Shown here one piece after another: positions 8,302 through 15,902 of a stretch of 46,651 nt of DNA. The position numbers were made by a program, and so were the translations under genes. Below the pieces are notes generated by a model. That model made no database searches. It had not been told where the DNA came from and saw only the letters and a list, made by a program, of their open reading frames with translations. Position 1 is the stretch's first letter. Every line of letters begins with the position of its first letter. This stretch comes from a virus. Lineage: Duplodnaviria; Caudoviricetes. The stretch is taken from positions 1-46,651 of IMG/VR virus record IMGVR_UViG_3300016474_000913, one strand, 5' to 3'.

Positions 8302-8778
8302 CTAGAACTCGACTTCCTCGCTGGGCATGTCGGGCACTTCCGAACTTTCAGCATTCGGCTTGTTGGTCAAGTCGTAGCTGAAGATCTGGATGTAGATGTC
8401 AGGCATGGTCGCCACGCTGGCGTTTGCCCTGCCTTCTTCCTGTGCCTTCTTGACACGCTCCTGCTTCTGGGCAAGGGTGTTGACCCGCACCAGAATCTCG
8501 GAGCTGCCGTACATGCCCCTGAGAACCGGCACGATCTCGCCAGTGCCGTACTCGGTGAGCGTTCCCTCTTTGAGGTCAGCTACCGGTGAGCACTTGTCAA
8601 GGGTCAGGTTGACGCCATCGCCCTTGAGCAGTTTGCCGCCGGACACCCAGTAGGTGGCTCCCTTGGAGCTGTTGCCGCTGGTGAATCCCGAGCCACGTTG
8701 CCAGAGCCGGCACAAGGTATCTTTCTTGCGTACCTTGGCAGCGTTGTTGCTCTTGGCGAAGGTTAAGAAGTCAGACAT
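8302..8778 (-). CDS. Hypothetical protein with an SSB-like acidic tail
   Basis: AAAGGA RBS; ends EVPDMPSEEVEF. Confidence 0.65.
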   Translation of the reverse strand: MSDFLTFAKSNNAAKVRKKDTLCRLWQRGSGFTSGNSSKGATYWVSGGKLLKGDGVNLTLDKCSPVADLKEGTLTEYGTGEIVPVLRGMYGSSEILVRVNTLAQKQERVKKAQEEGRANASVATMPDIYIQIFSYDLTNKPNAESSEVPDMPSEEVEF

Positions 8779-8801
8779 GGTAAATTCCTTTCTGTTACTG
8801 G

Positions 8802-9230
8802 TTAGTTGATCTTGATCTGGTCTGCGGAAGTCACCTTGATCTCGGGAGTACTCTTCCCGGTCTTGGTGTTCTTCCATTCGTTGACGACGCCGGACACGGT
8901 GATGGTCTTGCCTTGCAGGCTTGCAAAGCTGTGACCGGGGCACCTTGCCCTGTCGATGTAGATGGTCATGCTGGACTGCTTGTAGTCAGCGGTGTTGTTG
9001 AGCACCGTGCTCTTGGGCTGCTTGGTCTTGGGATCCAAGAAGTCCTTGCCGCTGAGCACTGTGAACTTCACGCTGGCGTTCTGGTGCATGTTGTGACTGA
9101 CCGCTTGTTCCGGTGTCACCGGTGCGCCGTGCAGGTAGTAGTACCCGCCGCCTGCCAGAGCCGCTGAGGTCAGAGCTGCCGCTACACGTTGCTTGAAGTT
9201 CAAGCCGTTTACAAAGCCTTTGATATCCAT
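8802..9230 (-). CDS. Membrane-anchored OB-fold-like protein
   Basis: N-terminal hydrophobic helix; GKTITVSGVV...PEIKVTSADQI motif. Confidence 0.65.
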   Translation of the reverse strand: MDIKGFVNGLNFKQRVAAALTSAALAGGGYYYLHGAPVTPEQAVSHNMHQNASVKFTVLSGKDFLDPKTKQPKSTVLNNTADYKQSSMTIYIDRARCPGHSFASLQGKTITVSGVVNEWKNTKTGKSTPEIKVTSADQIKIN

Positions 9231-9258
9231 GAGAGTATCTCCTTGTGTGTTGCCTAGG

Positions 9259-9459
9259 TTAAGCGGCCTTGGCTTCCGCTGGTTTGGTTTCGGACTCGGG
9301 CTTCGACGGTGAAGCCAGAAGGTCTTTGATCTTGGAAGCCACGAACTCGATCACGATGAACGAGATCGGTGTCACCTCCAGATTGGTTTTGCCGTATTCC
9401 CGGTTCAGCTTGATGCTGCCGGGGATGAATGAAATCACAAGCAGTTCTAGCCAGCCCAT
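9259..9459 (-). CDS. Hypothetical protein
   Basis: Packed in the operon; overlaps the upstream stop. Confidence 0.45.
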   Translation of the reverse strand: MGWLELLVISFIPGSIKLNREYGKTNLEVTPISFIVIEFVASKIKDLLASPSKPESETKPAEAKAA

Positions 9460-9674
9460 GAGTACCCCTTTCTTTTGCTGATGCGAGCGCCTGCGACAGT
9501 CGCCGCATGCTTGAGGTCTTCCTCTTTGAAACGCATGCGATTGCCCTCACGCTCTTGGTTCTTCAGTAGGCGCACCGCCTTGCGGTAGGCGGTTGCAAAC
9601 TCTTGTTCGCTGGTGGACTTTGCCACCGTCTCGATCAGAGTTACGATCCGATCCCGAACGGTCTTCACTTGCAT
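9447..9674 (-). CDS. Hypothetical protein
   Basis: AGGAG RBS before MQVKTV. Confidence 0.65.
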   Translation of the reverse strand: MQVKTVRDRIVTLIETVAKSTSEQEFATAYRKAVRLLKNQEREGNRMRFKEEDLKHAATVAGARISKRKGYSWAG

Positions 9675-9729
9675 AGTTCTCTCCTGTGTGTCTGGCTGAG
9701 ACTGACCCGAGCGCATGCCCGGACTGCCA

Positions 9730-9748
9730 ATCCCCCCGCCACCCAAGG
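9730..9748 (-). promoter_or_regulatory. Repeated upstream motif, copy A
   Basis: CCTTGGGTGGCGGGGGGAT, 55 nt before the ATG. Confidence 0.55.
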
Positions 9749-9819
9749 CACCCATGCCAAACGCCACACCCACCCCCACCGCAAACCTTTTCACGGCGTA
9801 GCCGGTGGAGATGTACGCC

Positions 9820-9861
9820 AAAGAAAAAACCCCACACCACCTTGGGAAGGTGATGCGGGGT
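9820..9861 (-). terminator. Intrinsic terminator
   Basis: ACCCCGCATCACCTT/AAGGTGGTGTGGGGT stem followed by TTTTTCTTT. Confidence 0.7.
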
Positions 9862-9883
9862 CGAGGAGCGTAAGCGGTTAGTG

Positions 9884-10114
9884 TCAGTCCGTTACGTGCA
9901 CTTGGGTGTCGGGAAGACCTCGGATGCCCTCGGCCTCCACCGTCCATTCCCTGTCCTTGTACTTCACGTCGGTCATGATGCGGTGCACTGTGGCCTCAAA
10001 GGGATCGACACGGCCGTGGGTTCTTTCCCACGCTCCGTAGACGATGAGCCCTGAGAGACTGACGCACCAGCCCATGAGCACGAAGGCCACAAACCGAAAG
10101 ATTCTAGGGCTCAT
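9884..10114 (-). CDS. Small membrane protein
   Basis: AAGGAG RBS; N-terminal TM helix. Confidence 0.6.
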   Translation of the reverse strand: MSPRIFRFVAFVLMGWCVSLSGLIVYGAWERTHGRVDPFEATVHRIMTDVKYKDREWTVEAEGIRGLPDTQVHVTD

Positions 10115-10488
10115 TACTTGCTCCTTTCTTTGGATTTTTCCACTCGCTTGCGTACCTTTTCCAGAGCCTCACTCTCGACGTTGGCGTCGTAGGTGGGCAT
10201 GGTCAGGTCAAAGTGGAACAGGCTTCTGCCATTGGTGAACAGCAGGTAGTTTGCTGCCTTGTACTTGGCGGGAATGTTAACCCGCTGTTCGTCCATGGGA
10301 TCCAGAAACCAGATCGGTTCGTGCTGGACTTCCCGTTCCTCCATTGAGGCACAGCAGACCTGCTCCGTGGCCGGAGTGTCAGGCAGCTCGGGGATGTTCT
10401 CCCCCTGCTGGGATGCCATCCCAATCAACGTGCCAAGGGCAAATGAGGACAAGCCCCAGACCAATGCCGTCTTTGCGTAGTGCTTCAT
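10114..10488 (-). CDS. Membrane-anchored hypothetical protein
   Basis: GGAGG RBS before MKHYAK; hydrophobic N-terminus. Confidence 0.6.
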   Translation of the reverse strand: MKHYAKTALVWGLSSFALGTLIGMASQQGENIPELPDTPATEQVCCASMEEREVQHEPIWFLDPMDEQRVNIPAKYKAANYLLFTNGRSLFHFDLTMPTYDANVESEALEKVRKRVEKSKERSK

Positions 10489-10561
10489 CGTGAACCTCCC
10501 GTGGGTATAGTTGCTGCGCTGCCGGAGCCAGTTGCTCTTGCAACTCGGTGATGATCTCCAT
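10379..10561 (-). CDS. Possible small protein (MEIITELQ...)
   Basis: Strong AAAGGAG RBS, but a 110-nt overlap with the next gene. Confidence 0.35.
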   Translation of the reverse strand: MEIITELQEQLAPAAQQLYPREVHDEALRKDGIGLGLVLICPWHVDWDGIPAGGEHPRAA

Positions 10562-10607
10562 GACGCTCTCCTTTCCAAAAGACTTTGACAGCTCCAACAG
10601 CGGAGCC

Positions 10608-10626
10608 ATCCCCACGCCACCTCGGG
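10608..10626 (-). promoter_or_regulatory. Repeated upstream motif, copy B
   Basis: CCCGAGGTGGCGTGGGGAT, 46 nt before the ATG. Confidence 0.55.
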
Positions 10627-10658
10627 AACCACGGGCTGGGACTCCCTGTGTCCGAGGC

Positions 10659-10685
10659 AAAAAGAAAAGCCCCCTTGCGGGGGCT
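10659..10685 (-). terminator. Intrinsic terminator
   Basis: AGCCCCC-GCAA-GGGGGCT followed by TTTCTTTTT. Confidence 0.8.
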
Positions 10686-10689
10686 GAGG

Positions 10690-11064
10690 TTAACGCTGTA
10701 CCTCGGCAAGCTTTTGCTTGAGGGCTTCCACTTCCCTCTCAAGTTTGCCAAGCTTTTCCAGAAGGGGTGAGACCCTCTTTGCTTCCGTGGGCAGTTCCAC
10801 CGCCTCACGAATCAGGTTCCAGTAGGTCGGGAACACGTTGCCCCGACCCTTGAGTACCTGATCCCTGAGCACCTTCTGCTGCTCGGGGTAGTTCACGAGC
10901 CTTGCGTACTCGCTCCGGACTAGGGCAGCCAACTCCCTGAGGGCAGCGGCAGTGCCCTTGAGTTCGTCGGCACTCGCCCTCTGTACCCCTCCCAAGAGGT
11001 ACAGAATCCGAAACGAGCAATGGAAGTCTTGTCGAATAGGGGTAGCGGTGATAGTGGCGGTCAT
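10690..11064 (-). CDS. Hypothetical protein with a C-terminal coiled coil
   Basis: AGGAG RBS; lies between a motif copy and a terminator. Confidence 0.7.
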   Translation of the reverse strand: MTATITATPIRQDFHCSFRILYLLGGVQRASADELKGTAAALRELAALVRSEYARLVNYPEQQKVLRDQVLKGRGNVFPTYWNLIREAVELPTEAKRVSPLLEKLGKLEREVEALKQKLAEVQR

Positions 11065-11107
11065 AGCAGTCTCCTGTTTGAGGGACTCCCAGCCATGTGC
11101 TGGGGCA

Positions 11108-11126
11108 ATCCCCCCGCCACCTGAGG
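11108..11126 (-). promoter_or_regulatory. Repeated upstream motif, copy C
   Basis: CCTCAGGTGGCGGGGGGAT, 43 nt before the ATG. Confidence 0.55.
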
Positions 11127-11198
11127 TAGATAGGTTCAGGGAGTCTCCGAGTCCGTGGACGCCACCGATTCCAAGCGAGCGCAGCGAGCGCCATGATG

Positions 11199-11234
11199 AA
11201 AAAAAAAGAAAGCCCTCCCCGAAGGGAAGGCTTT
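11199..11234 (-). terminator. Intrinsic terminator
   Basis: AAGCCTTCCC-TTCG-GGGAGGGCTT followed by a long T run. Confidence 0.8.
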
Positions 11235-11238
11235 AGGT

Positions 11239-11994
11239 TTAATCTACTAGCGGCAAGTTTTTGGCAACCGCCTCGGGCGGCACCTGCCTTTGGTACGTTG
11301 GCCGGTTGGCCTTTTCCCAACAGGCTGCCACCTCCTCTTCTGCCCGGACATAGTCGTCCGGAGTTAAGAGGTCTGAACCCCACTGCTCCTCGTCGAGAAG
11401 CAGTATCTCCCGCATCACCTTCAGAGCTTCTTCTTTGGTACCTCCACAGAGGGTACCGTTGTATACATGACCGCACACTGCGGCCACGTATATTGCCGGG
11501 GTTAACTGGCTGAGCCCGCCATAGGCGGATCCTAAGTGGTTGCGTATTCTGTACGCCAGGTCTTTTGCCCTTAGCTTGCCGGATGTTTCAGCCACCGAGC
11601 TTTCAAAGAGCTCGGTTAAGAACGTGGAAGCTTTCCCCGTTCCGGTGTTAAACCGGACGAGGGCCACGTTTTCTTGTGGATATACATCCACTTCTACTTT
11701 CCTTCCGGGAGTCCACGTTCCTTCCCACTGTAGGGTGAAGCTTGATTCACCATCCACGATACAAGTAGAAGGAGCGTTTTCTCTTTCAAGAAAGAAAGCG
11801 TGTCTTTGTATCATGACAGCCCACTCTAGATTACTAAGACCCTTTAGGTCTCTAGGAGCCATAGAGTGTCTGAAGTTTTCATTCCAACGGTACTCAGCAT
11901 TGGCAAGACGAGCCCATATATCGAGACCTGTTCCCACACTTACGTGGAAAGAAAACCAACCGTCTTCGCAATCGTTTACAATTATATTTTCCAT
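11239..11994 (-). CDS. Hypothetical protein, 251 aa
   Basis: GAGGAG RBS before MENIIV. Confidence 0.7.
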   Translation of the reverse strand: MENIIVNDCEDGWFSFHVSVGTGLDIWARLANAEYRWNENFRHSMAPRDLKGLSNLEWAVMIQRHAFFLERENAPSTCIVDGESSFTLQWEGTWTPGRKVEVDVYPQENVALVRFNTGTGKASTFLTELFESSVAETSGKLRAKDLAYRIRNHLGSAYGGLSQLTPAIYVAAVCGHVYNGTLCGGTKEEALKVMREILLLDEEQWGSDLLTPDDYVRAEEEVAACWEKANRPTYQRQVPPEAVAKNLPLVD

Positions 11995-12036
11995 GGTACT
12001 CTCCTCAACAGAGGGACTCCTGCAACATGCAGGTAT

Positions 12037-12055
12037 ATCCCCACGCCATTTGAGG
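12037..12055 (-). promoter_or_regulatory. Repeated upstream motif, copy D
   Basis: CCTCAAATGGCGTGGGGAT, 42 nt before the ATG. Confidence 0.55.
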
Positions 12056-12192
12056 TAGATAGTCCGTGGGTACAGGTAGCGCACCCACACCGCCGTCGCA
12101 TCCGGTGAGCGCAGCGAACGCCAGGGGAAACCTGCCAGCCGGCAGAGGTGTCCGCATCAGAATGTCCCCAGTTCCGAGCGGGTGATGTACCC

Positions 12193-12262
12193 TGACGGAC
12201 TTGGAACCGTCACGTCCCGTGGGGACGGCGCATTACACCCCCGATGAAGGGGTGTCCTCTGC
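12193..12262 (-). ncRNA. Twister self-cleaving ribozyme (type-P5 permutation)
   Basis: GCA-GA-GGA-[CACCCC/GGGGTG]-TAA-TGC-GC-[CGTCCC/GGGACG]-[TGACGG TTCCAAGT CCGTCA]; both pseudoknots can pair. Confidence 0.85.
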
Positions 12263-12759
12263 TAGATGGAAGAGTTCCATGCGTCATGGAGAGGCTTTAG
12301 ATCCAATTTTGCCCTGAACAATTCATAATCGTTTTGTCCCTCATACCTTTCAGAAACTTTAAGATCTCTTTCCAAAAACTTTTCCAATTCGTACATTTTA
12401 TTTATGCACCTCTGGCAAAGCTTTCTGGAAACAACCTGATGGTTTTTGCAAGCACTACACATAGCTTTCATGGCAGGGCTTTCCAGGATCGCCCCGTTCT
12501 CTTCCCATCCCTGAGGAGGATTCTTGTGAACATACCACCGAACCCTTCGAGCGGCAGCCTCTTTGGTAAAGAACTGAGGAGCCATCAGCCGCAGAGCTTC
12601 GGTCTCTGCGTCTTCGTAACTCTTAAACCCTCTTCCAGATTCCAAGCCGACCGACTCTTTCCATCGAAGCCTTAGCCTGTACTCGCCGTTACCAGCGTGT
12701 ACATAGATGTCCAAACCGCTCAATGATTCATTCACTAAAACCAATTCATTCTTCAACAT
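12262..12759 (-). CDS. Hypothetical protein with CxxC...CxxC
   Basis: AGGAG RBS; CSAC and CQRC. Confidence 0.75.
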   Translation of the reverse strand: MLKNELVLVNESLSGLDIYVHAGNGEYRLRLRWKESVGLESGRGFKSYEDAETEALRLMAPQFFTKEAAARRVRWYVHKNPPQGWEENGAILESPAMKAMCSACKNHQVVSRKLCQRCINKMYELEKFLERDLKVSERYEGQNDYELFRAKLDLKPLHDAWNSSI

Positions 12760-12795
12760 GTCCTATCTCCTAATTAAAAGTTCTCAAAACCAAAA

Positions 12796-12820
12796 CAGCC
12801 CCTGGAACACCCAGAGGCTG
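12796..12820 (-). promoter_or_regulatory. Conserved bulged hairpin plus U-rich tract before the RBS
   Basis: CAGCCTCTGGGTGTTCCAGGGGCTG-TTTTGGTTTT; near-identical to 15502..15528. Confidence 0.5.
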
Positions 12821-12840
12821 TACTAAAAAGCTCAACAAAC

Positions 12841-15075
12841 TTACTTGCCCTGAAGCTTGGCATACATCTTCAGGTAGGTATCAAACATCTCCTTGCGACA
12901 GAGGATATGATCCGTCTTCTCCTCCGTGTGGCTGCCCACATGGGCGAGGACAACCATAACCTTGTGCCAGGGATTGCCATACTTGGCCTCGGTGAAGTAG
13001 TTGACCAAGTAATCCAGATGACCCTGGACCTCCTGACGGATCCACTCATGACCTTCCGTGGTGATGACACCCTTCTTGCCGGTCCGGTGTGGGCACTTGC
13101 CATAGACAGCGCACATCTTGAGGTACCGTTTCTGGACCAGGTCGATGTGCTCCTGGCTCACTGGACTCGACAGGAGACTGAGATAGTCCTGACGGTTCCA
13201 GGCGACGAGGATGCGATCCTCAATCTCCTTGCGCACAACCTGAACCATCCCGGCAAGTTCGTCCACCAACCTGGTGTAGAAGGAATCCCGCAGGCGTCCC
13301 TCCCCCTCCAGCTTGGAGCAGATTGAATCAAACTGACCCTTAAAGAAGCCACGGCACTTGGCCAGCAGCCGTTGATCTATCGGGAGTGTCGTCTCGTAGA
13401 TCAAGTGGCCGACCATGGCCCTGGCTCTCTTGATAATAAACTCGATGTCCCGGGGGTCCCGAGTCTGCATCATGGCATCCACGATGCTTTCCATCTGAGG
13501 CATGTGCTGATTGCGCTCGCCCCTGGGATGGCTGGCATTCCAGAGGGTCACAAGGTTGATAATCCCGCCGGGGTTGCTGCCGGCAAGGGAGAGGTCCAAC
13601 AAGGCATCCTGAAGCCCATACTCACCTGCAAGCGGTGGAACTGGGTGGGTCTTGCTGGGCAGCTCGACCATTGGACAAGTCTTGTCCAGCTCCGTTGCCT
13701 GCGCAGGCAGCGCAGGAAGCTCTAGGTCTGGAACCTCCACCGGTGGTGTGCCGATAAACTTGTAGACCGAGTACTCACCTCGGTCCGAAGGATTCCTCTG
13801 CATCCAGACCATCGTGTCGGATCCCCGCTTGCGGAAGATCTGACACAGTTTGTCATCCGCATCCATGCCGCCATGGTTGCGTAGGTTGGACACGTAGTCA
13901 AAGTTGCTGACCACGTACACCATATACTCAGGGTCATAGACACAGCAGCCATCTGGCACGGTGATGTCCTTGCCAAGCATGCGCAGGACATCCACGGACA
14001 CCAGTTGACAGTAGGTTGCACCGGGTATGCGAACCCGAATGCTGAAATCCTCCGAGTCTACCATCCGGTCAATCCCGGGCAGGATTGCCTGGCGCATGAG
14101 CGCCGCTGAATCCCGGATGGAACCATAACTGTGGAACTGCGCCGCCTTGAGGCGGCTGAAAGTCGACTCGGACTCCTCCAGCCTGCCGTGGATAAGGTCC
14201 TCAAGGAGCTCTTCGTAGGTCTCCTCGAGCATCCCTTCCTGGACCATCTCCCGCTTGCGATCCAGCTCGGCAAGCAGCCAAGCATAGACCTGCGTGGACT
14301 TGGGATCCACTCCGACACCAATTCCAAACATCTGCGGAAAATTCCGCATGGCCTGACGGTTGGTATACGCCTTTAGCTTGCCAGGCTGAGGGTCGAGGCC
14401 GATGTAAAACGCATCCGTGCCAAGGGTCAGTTCACTCTTGATGTTGGTGCCGTGCAAGAGCACGTCACACCCTGTCAGCTTGTCGCTGACAAACACTTGT
14501 CCCTTGGCATGCTTGCCTTGGAACCAGAGCCTGCCATTGAACACTTTAGTCCCTGCAAACATGTGCAAGGCCTCGTTGTCGTCGCAGTTTGAGACTCGAT
14601 TCAAGGATTGCTCCTTGACCGCCTCCCAAAGCCGGGCACTGATGACAATGGCACCGTCGGTGGTCTTGGACCGGCGAGGTCCGTAGAAAACCTTGGTTCG
14701 GAAGTTGCTATTGCTGAAGACCCCGAAGTAGGTGTAGGGACGCAGCAACTGCGCCCCACGCTTTCCTGACTTGGCTCCCCTGCGCAGGGAGAAACCCAAT
14801 TCCTTAAACCAGCCAAGGAACTTGGTTTCGGTGTTGGTCAGGGCAAATATGACCGAGTCACCTTTATTGATCATATACACAAGGTTCTTAAGTCCCTTGA
14901 AGAACTGATTAAGAACACTAGGCTTCAACTCTTTGCGATCCAAAGACAAAGAGTAAACCTTATAGGATCTACCTTTGCTGGCTATCTCCAGCAGATGGTA
15001 CCAACGGCCGTAACGGCCCTTGAACTCATTGGAAGCCAATAACTTTGCAAACGCCATAACATTGATCTGACTCAT
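12841..15075 (-). CDS. Putative single-chain two-barrel RNA polymerase (QDE-1/RDR/YonO-like) with a permuted catalytic region
   Basis: Motifs in order: TDGAIVIS, FNGRL...AKGQV, AYTNRQ, RVRIP, HGGMDADD, RNP, NPGGIIN, SIVDA; GAGGAG RBS before MSQINV. Confidence 0.75.
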   Translation of the reverse strand: MSQINVMAFAKLLASNEFKGRYGRWYHLLEIASKGRSYKVYSLSLDRKELKPSVLNQFFKGLKNLVYMINKGDSVIFALTNTETKFLGWFKELGFSLRRGAKSGKRGAQLLRPYTYFGVFSNSNFRTKVFYGPRRSKTTDGAIVISARLWEAVKEQSLNRVSNCDDNEALHMFAGTKVFNGRLWFQGKHAKGQVFVSDKLTGCDVLLHGTNIKSELTLGTDAFYIGLDPQPGKLKAYTNRQAMRNFPQMFGIGVGVDPKSTQVYAWLLAELDRKREMVQEGMLEETYEELLEDLIHGRLEESESTFSRLKAAQFHSYGSIRDSAALMRQAILPGIDRMVDSEDFSIRVRIPGATYCQLVSVDVLRMLGKDITVPDGCCVYDPEYMVYVVSNFDYVSNLRNHGGMDADDKLCQIFRKRGSDTMVWMQRNPSDRGEYSVYKFIGTPPVEVPDLELPALPAQATELDKTCPMVELPSKTHPVPPLAGEYGLQDALLDLSLAGSNPGGIINLVTLWNASHPRGERNQHMPQMESIVDAMMQTRDPRDIEFIIKRARAMVGHLIYETTLPIDQRLLAKCRGFFKGQFDSICSKLEGEGRLRDSFYTRLVDELAGMVQVVRKEIEDRILVAWNRQDYLSLLSSPVSQEHIDLVQKRYLKMCAVYGKCPHRTGKKGVITTEGHEWIRQEVQGHLDYLVNYFTEAKYGNPWHKVMVVLAHVGSHTEEKTDHILCRKEMFDTYLKMYAKLQGK

Positions 15076-15100
15076 ACTATACTCCTCTAGAAACACAAAA

Positions 15101-15129
15101 ACCCGCCGATCCAACGTGGACCAGCGGGT
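15101..15129 (-). promoter_or_regulatory. Hairpin plus U-rich tract before the polymerase RBS
   Basis: ACCCGCTGGTCCA-CGT-TGGATCGGCGGGT followed by TTTTGTGTTT. Confidence 0.5.
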
Positions 15130-15206
15130 CAAACACAAGTAAAACCAAACGATCTACTCTGCCCCTGACTCAGCGGCAGATGGGGTTAACGGAAACATTC
15201 GATTGA

Positions 15207-15473
15207 TTATCGACTAGAAAACTTCCTCGCCTCCTCATCGGGCAAGGTTTCAAATACTTTGTAGTCCCACGTGGACCAGGTATCCGTGTGGTCCGGCTCC
15301 ACACATTCGATCACTTTCTCCTCCTCCTCGATCTCATAAAAGTTATCCGACTCGTCCTCGTGTCGAAGCTTGAGAATCCTTGCTTCCATATCAATCCACT
15401 GTTGGCACTTGTTGCAATAACGACCATCCTTGATGGATACGCCGCATTCGCCACAGAAATCTAAACTGTTCAT
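15207..15473 (-). CDS. Small Cys-rich protein (paralogue 1)
   Basis: CGEC...CNKC; C-terminus shared with 15607..15843. Confidence 0.7.
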   Translation of the reverse strand: MNSLDFCGECGVSIKDGRYCNKCQQWIDMEARILKLRHEDESDNFYEIEEEEKVIECVEPDHTDTWSTWDYKVFETLPDEEARKFSSR

Positions 15474-15501
15474 ACTCAATCTCCTGTGCCATAAACACAA
15501 A

Positions 15502-15528
15502 CAGCCACCTGGAACACCCAGATGGCTG
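15502..15528 (-). promoter_or_regulatory. Conserved bulged hairpin before the RBS
   Basis: CAGCCATCTGGGTGTTCCAGGTGGCTG-TTTGTGTTT. Confidence 0.5.
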
Positions 15529-15555
15529 CACGATCCGCTATGGCCACGGATCAAA

Positions 15556-15601
15556 GACCTAGTGGGGGCATCGAACCCCCAAGTCGCCTATCGACTAGGT
15601 C
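15556..15601 (-). ncRNA. Mini tRNA-like element (acceptor-like stem plus T-arm)
   Basis: GACCTAGT-CGATAGGCGACTT-GGGGG TTCGATG CCCCC-ACTAGGTC. Confidence 0.5.
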
Positions 15602-15606
15602 AAAGG

Positions 15607-15843
15607 TTAGATAATCTTTGAGAACTTCTTTGCCTCCTCATCAGGTAAGCTGTCAAACACTTTACGATCCCACGCAGACCAGGTATCTTCGTAATCGGGC
15701 TCCACGCACTCGTGATCCTTTGGGTAGCAAAAGATTGGATCTGAGTCAGGGGTTATTGGTTCATGAAGGTACACATGCTCACAGTGGAGCACCTCTGTGA
15801 ACCCATCGCCCATCAACTTGCCGCCACAATGTTTGCAATTCAT
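15607..15843 (-). CDS. Small Cys-rich protein (paralogue 2)
   Basis: CKHC...HCEH; ECVEPDxxDTWSxWDxKVF..LPDEEAxKFS shared with paralogue 1. Confidence 0.7.
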   Translation of the reverse strand: MNCKHCGGKLMGDGFTEVLHCEHVYLHEPITPDSDPIFCYPKDHECVEPDYEDTWSAWDRKVFDSLPDEEAKKFSKII

Positions 15844-15870
15844 ACTCAACTCCTGTGCCATAAATGAAAT

Positions 15871-15897
15871 CAGCCACCCACAACGTGTGGATGGCTG
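15871..15897 (-). promoter_or_regulatory. Conserved bulged hairpin before the RBS
   Basis: CAGCCATCCACAC-GTT-GTGGGTGGCTG; same base of stem as 15502..15528. Confidence 0.45.
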
Positions 15898-15902
15898 CAA
15901 TG

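Noticed and set aside
9730-12055. CRISPR array or sigma70 promoters as the explanation for the repeated motif
   Set aside because: Copies are 0.5-0.9 kb apart with genes between them, no cas genes are present, and there is no resemblance to -35/-10 boxes.
12841-15075. T7-type polymerase or viral palm-domain RdRP
   Set aside because: The motif series matches two-barrel RDR/YonO enzymes; no T7 motif A/B/C or GDD palm context recognised.
15556-15601. Bona fide tRNA gene
   Set aside because: Only 46 nt, with no anticodon arm or CCA; kept only as a tRNA-like element.
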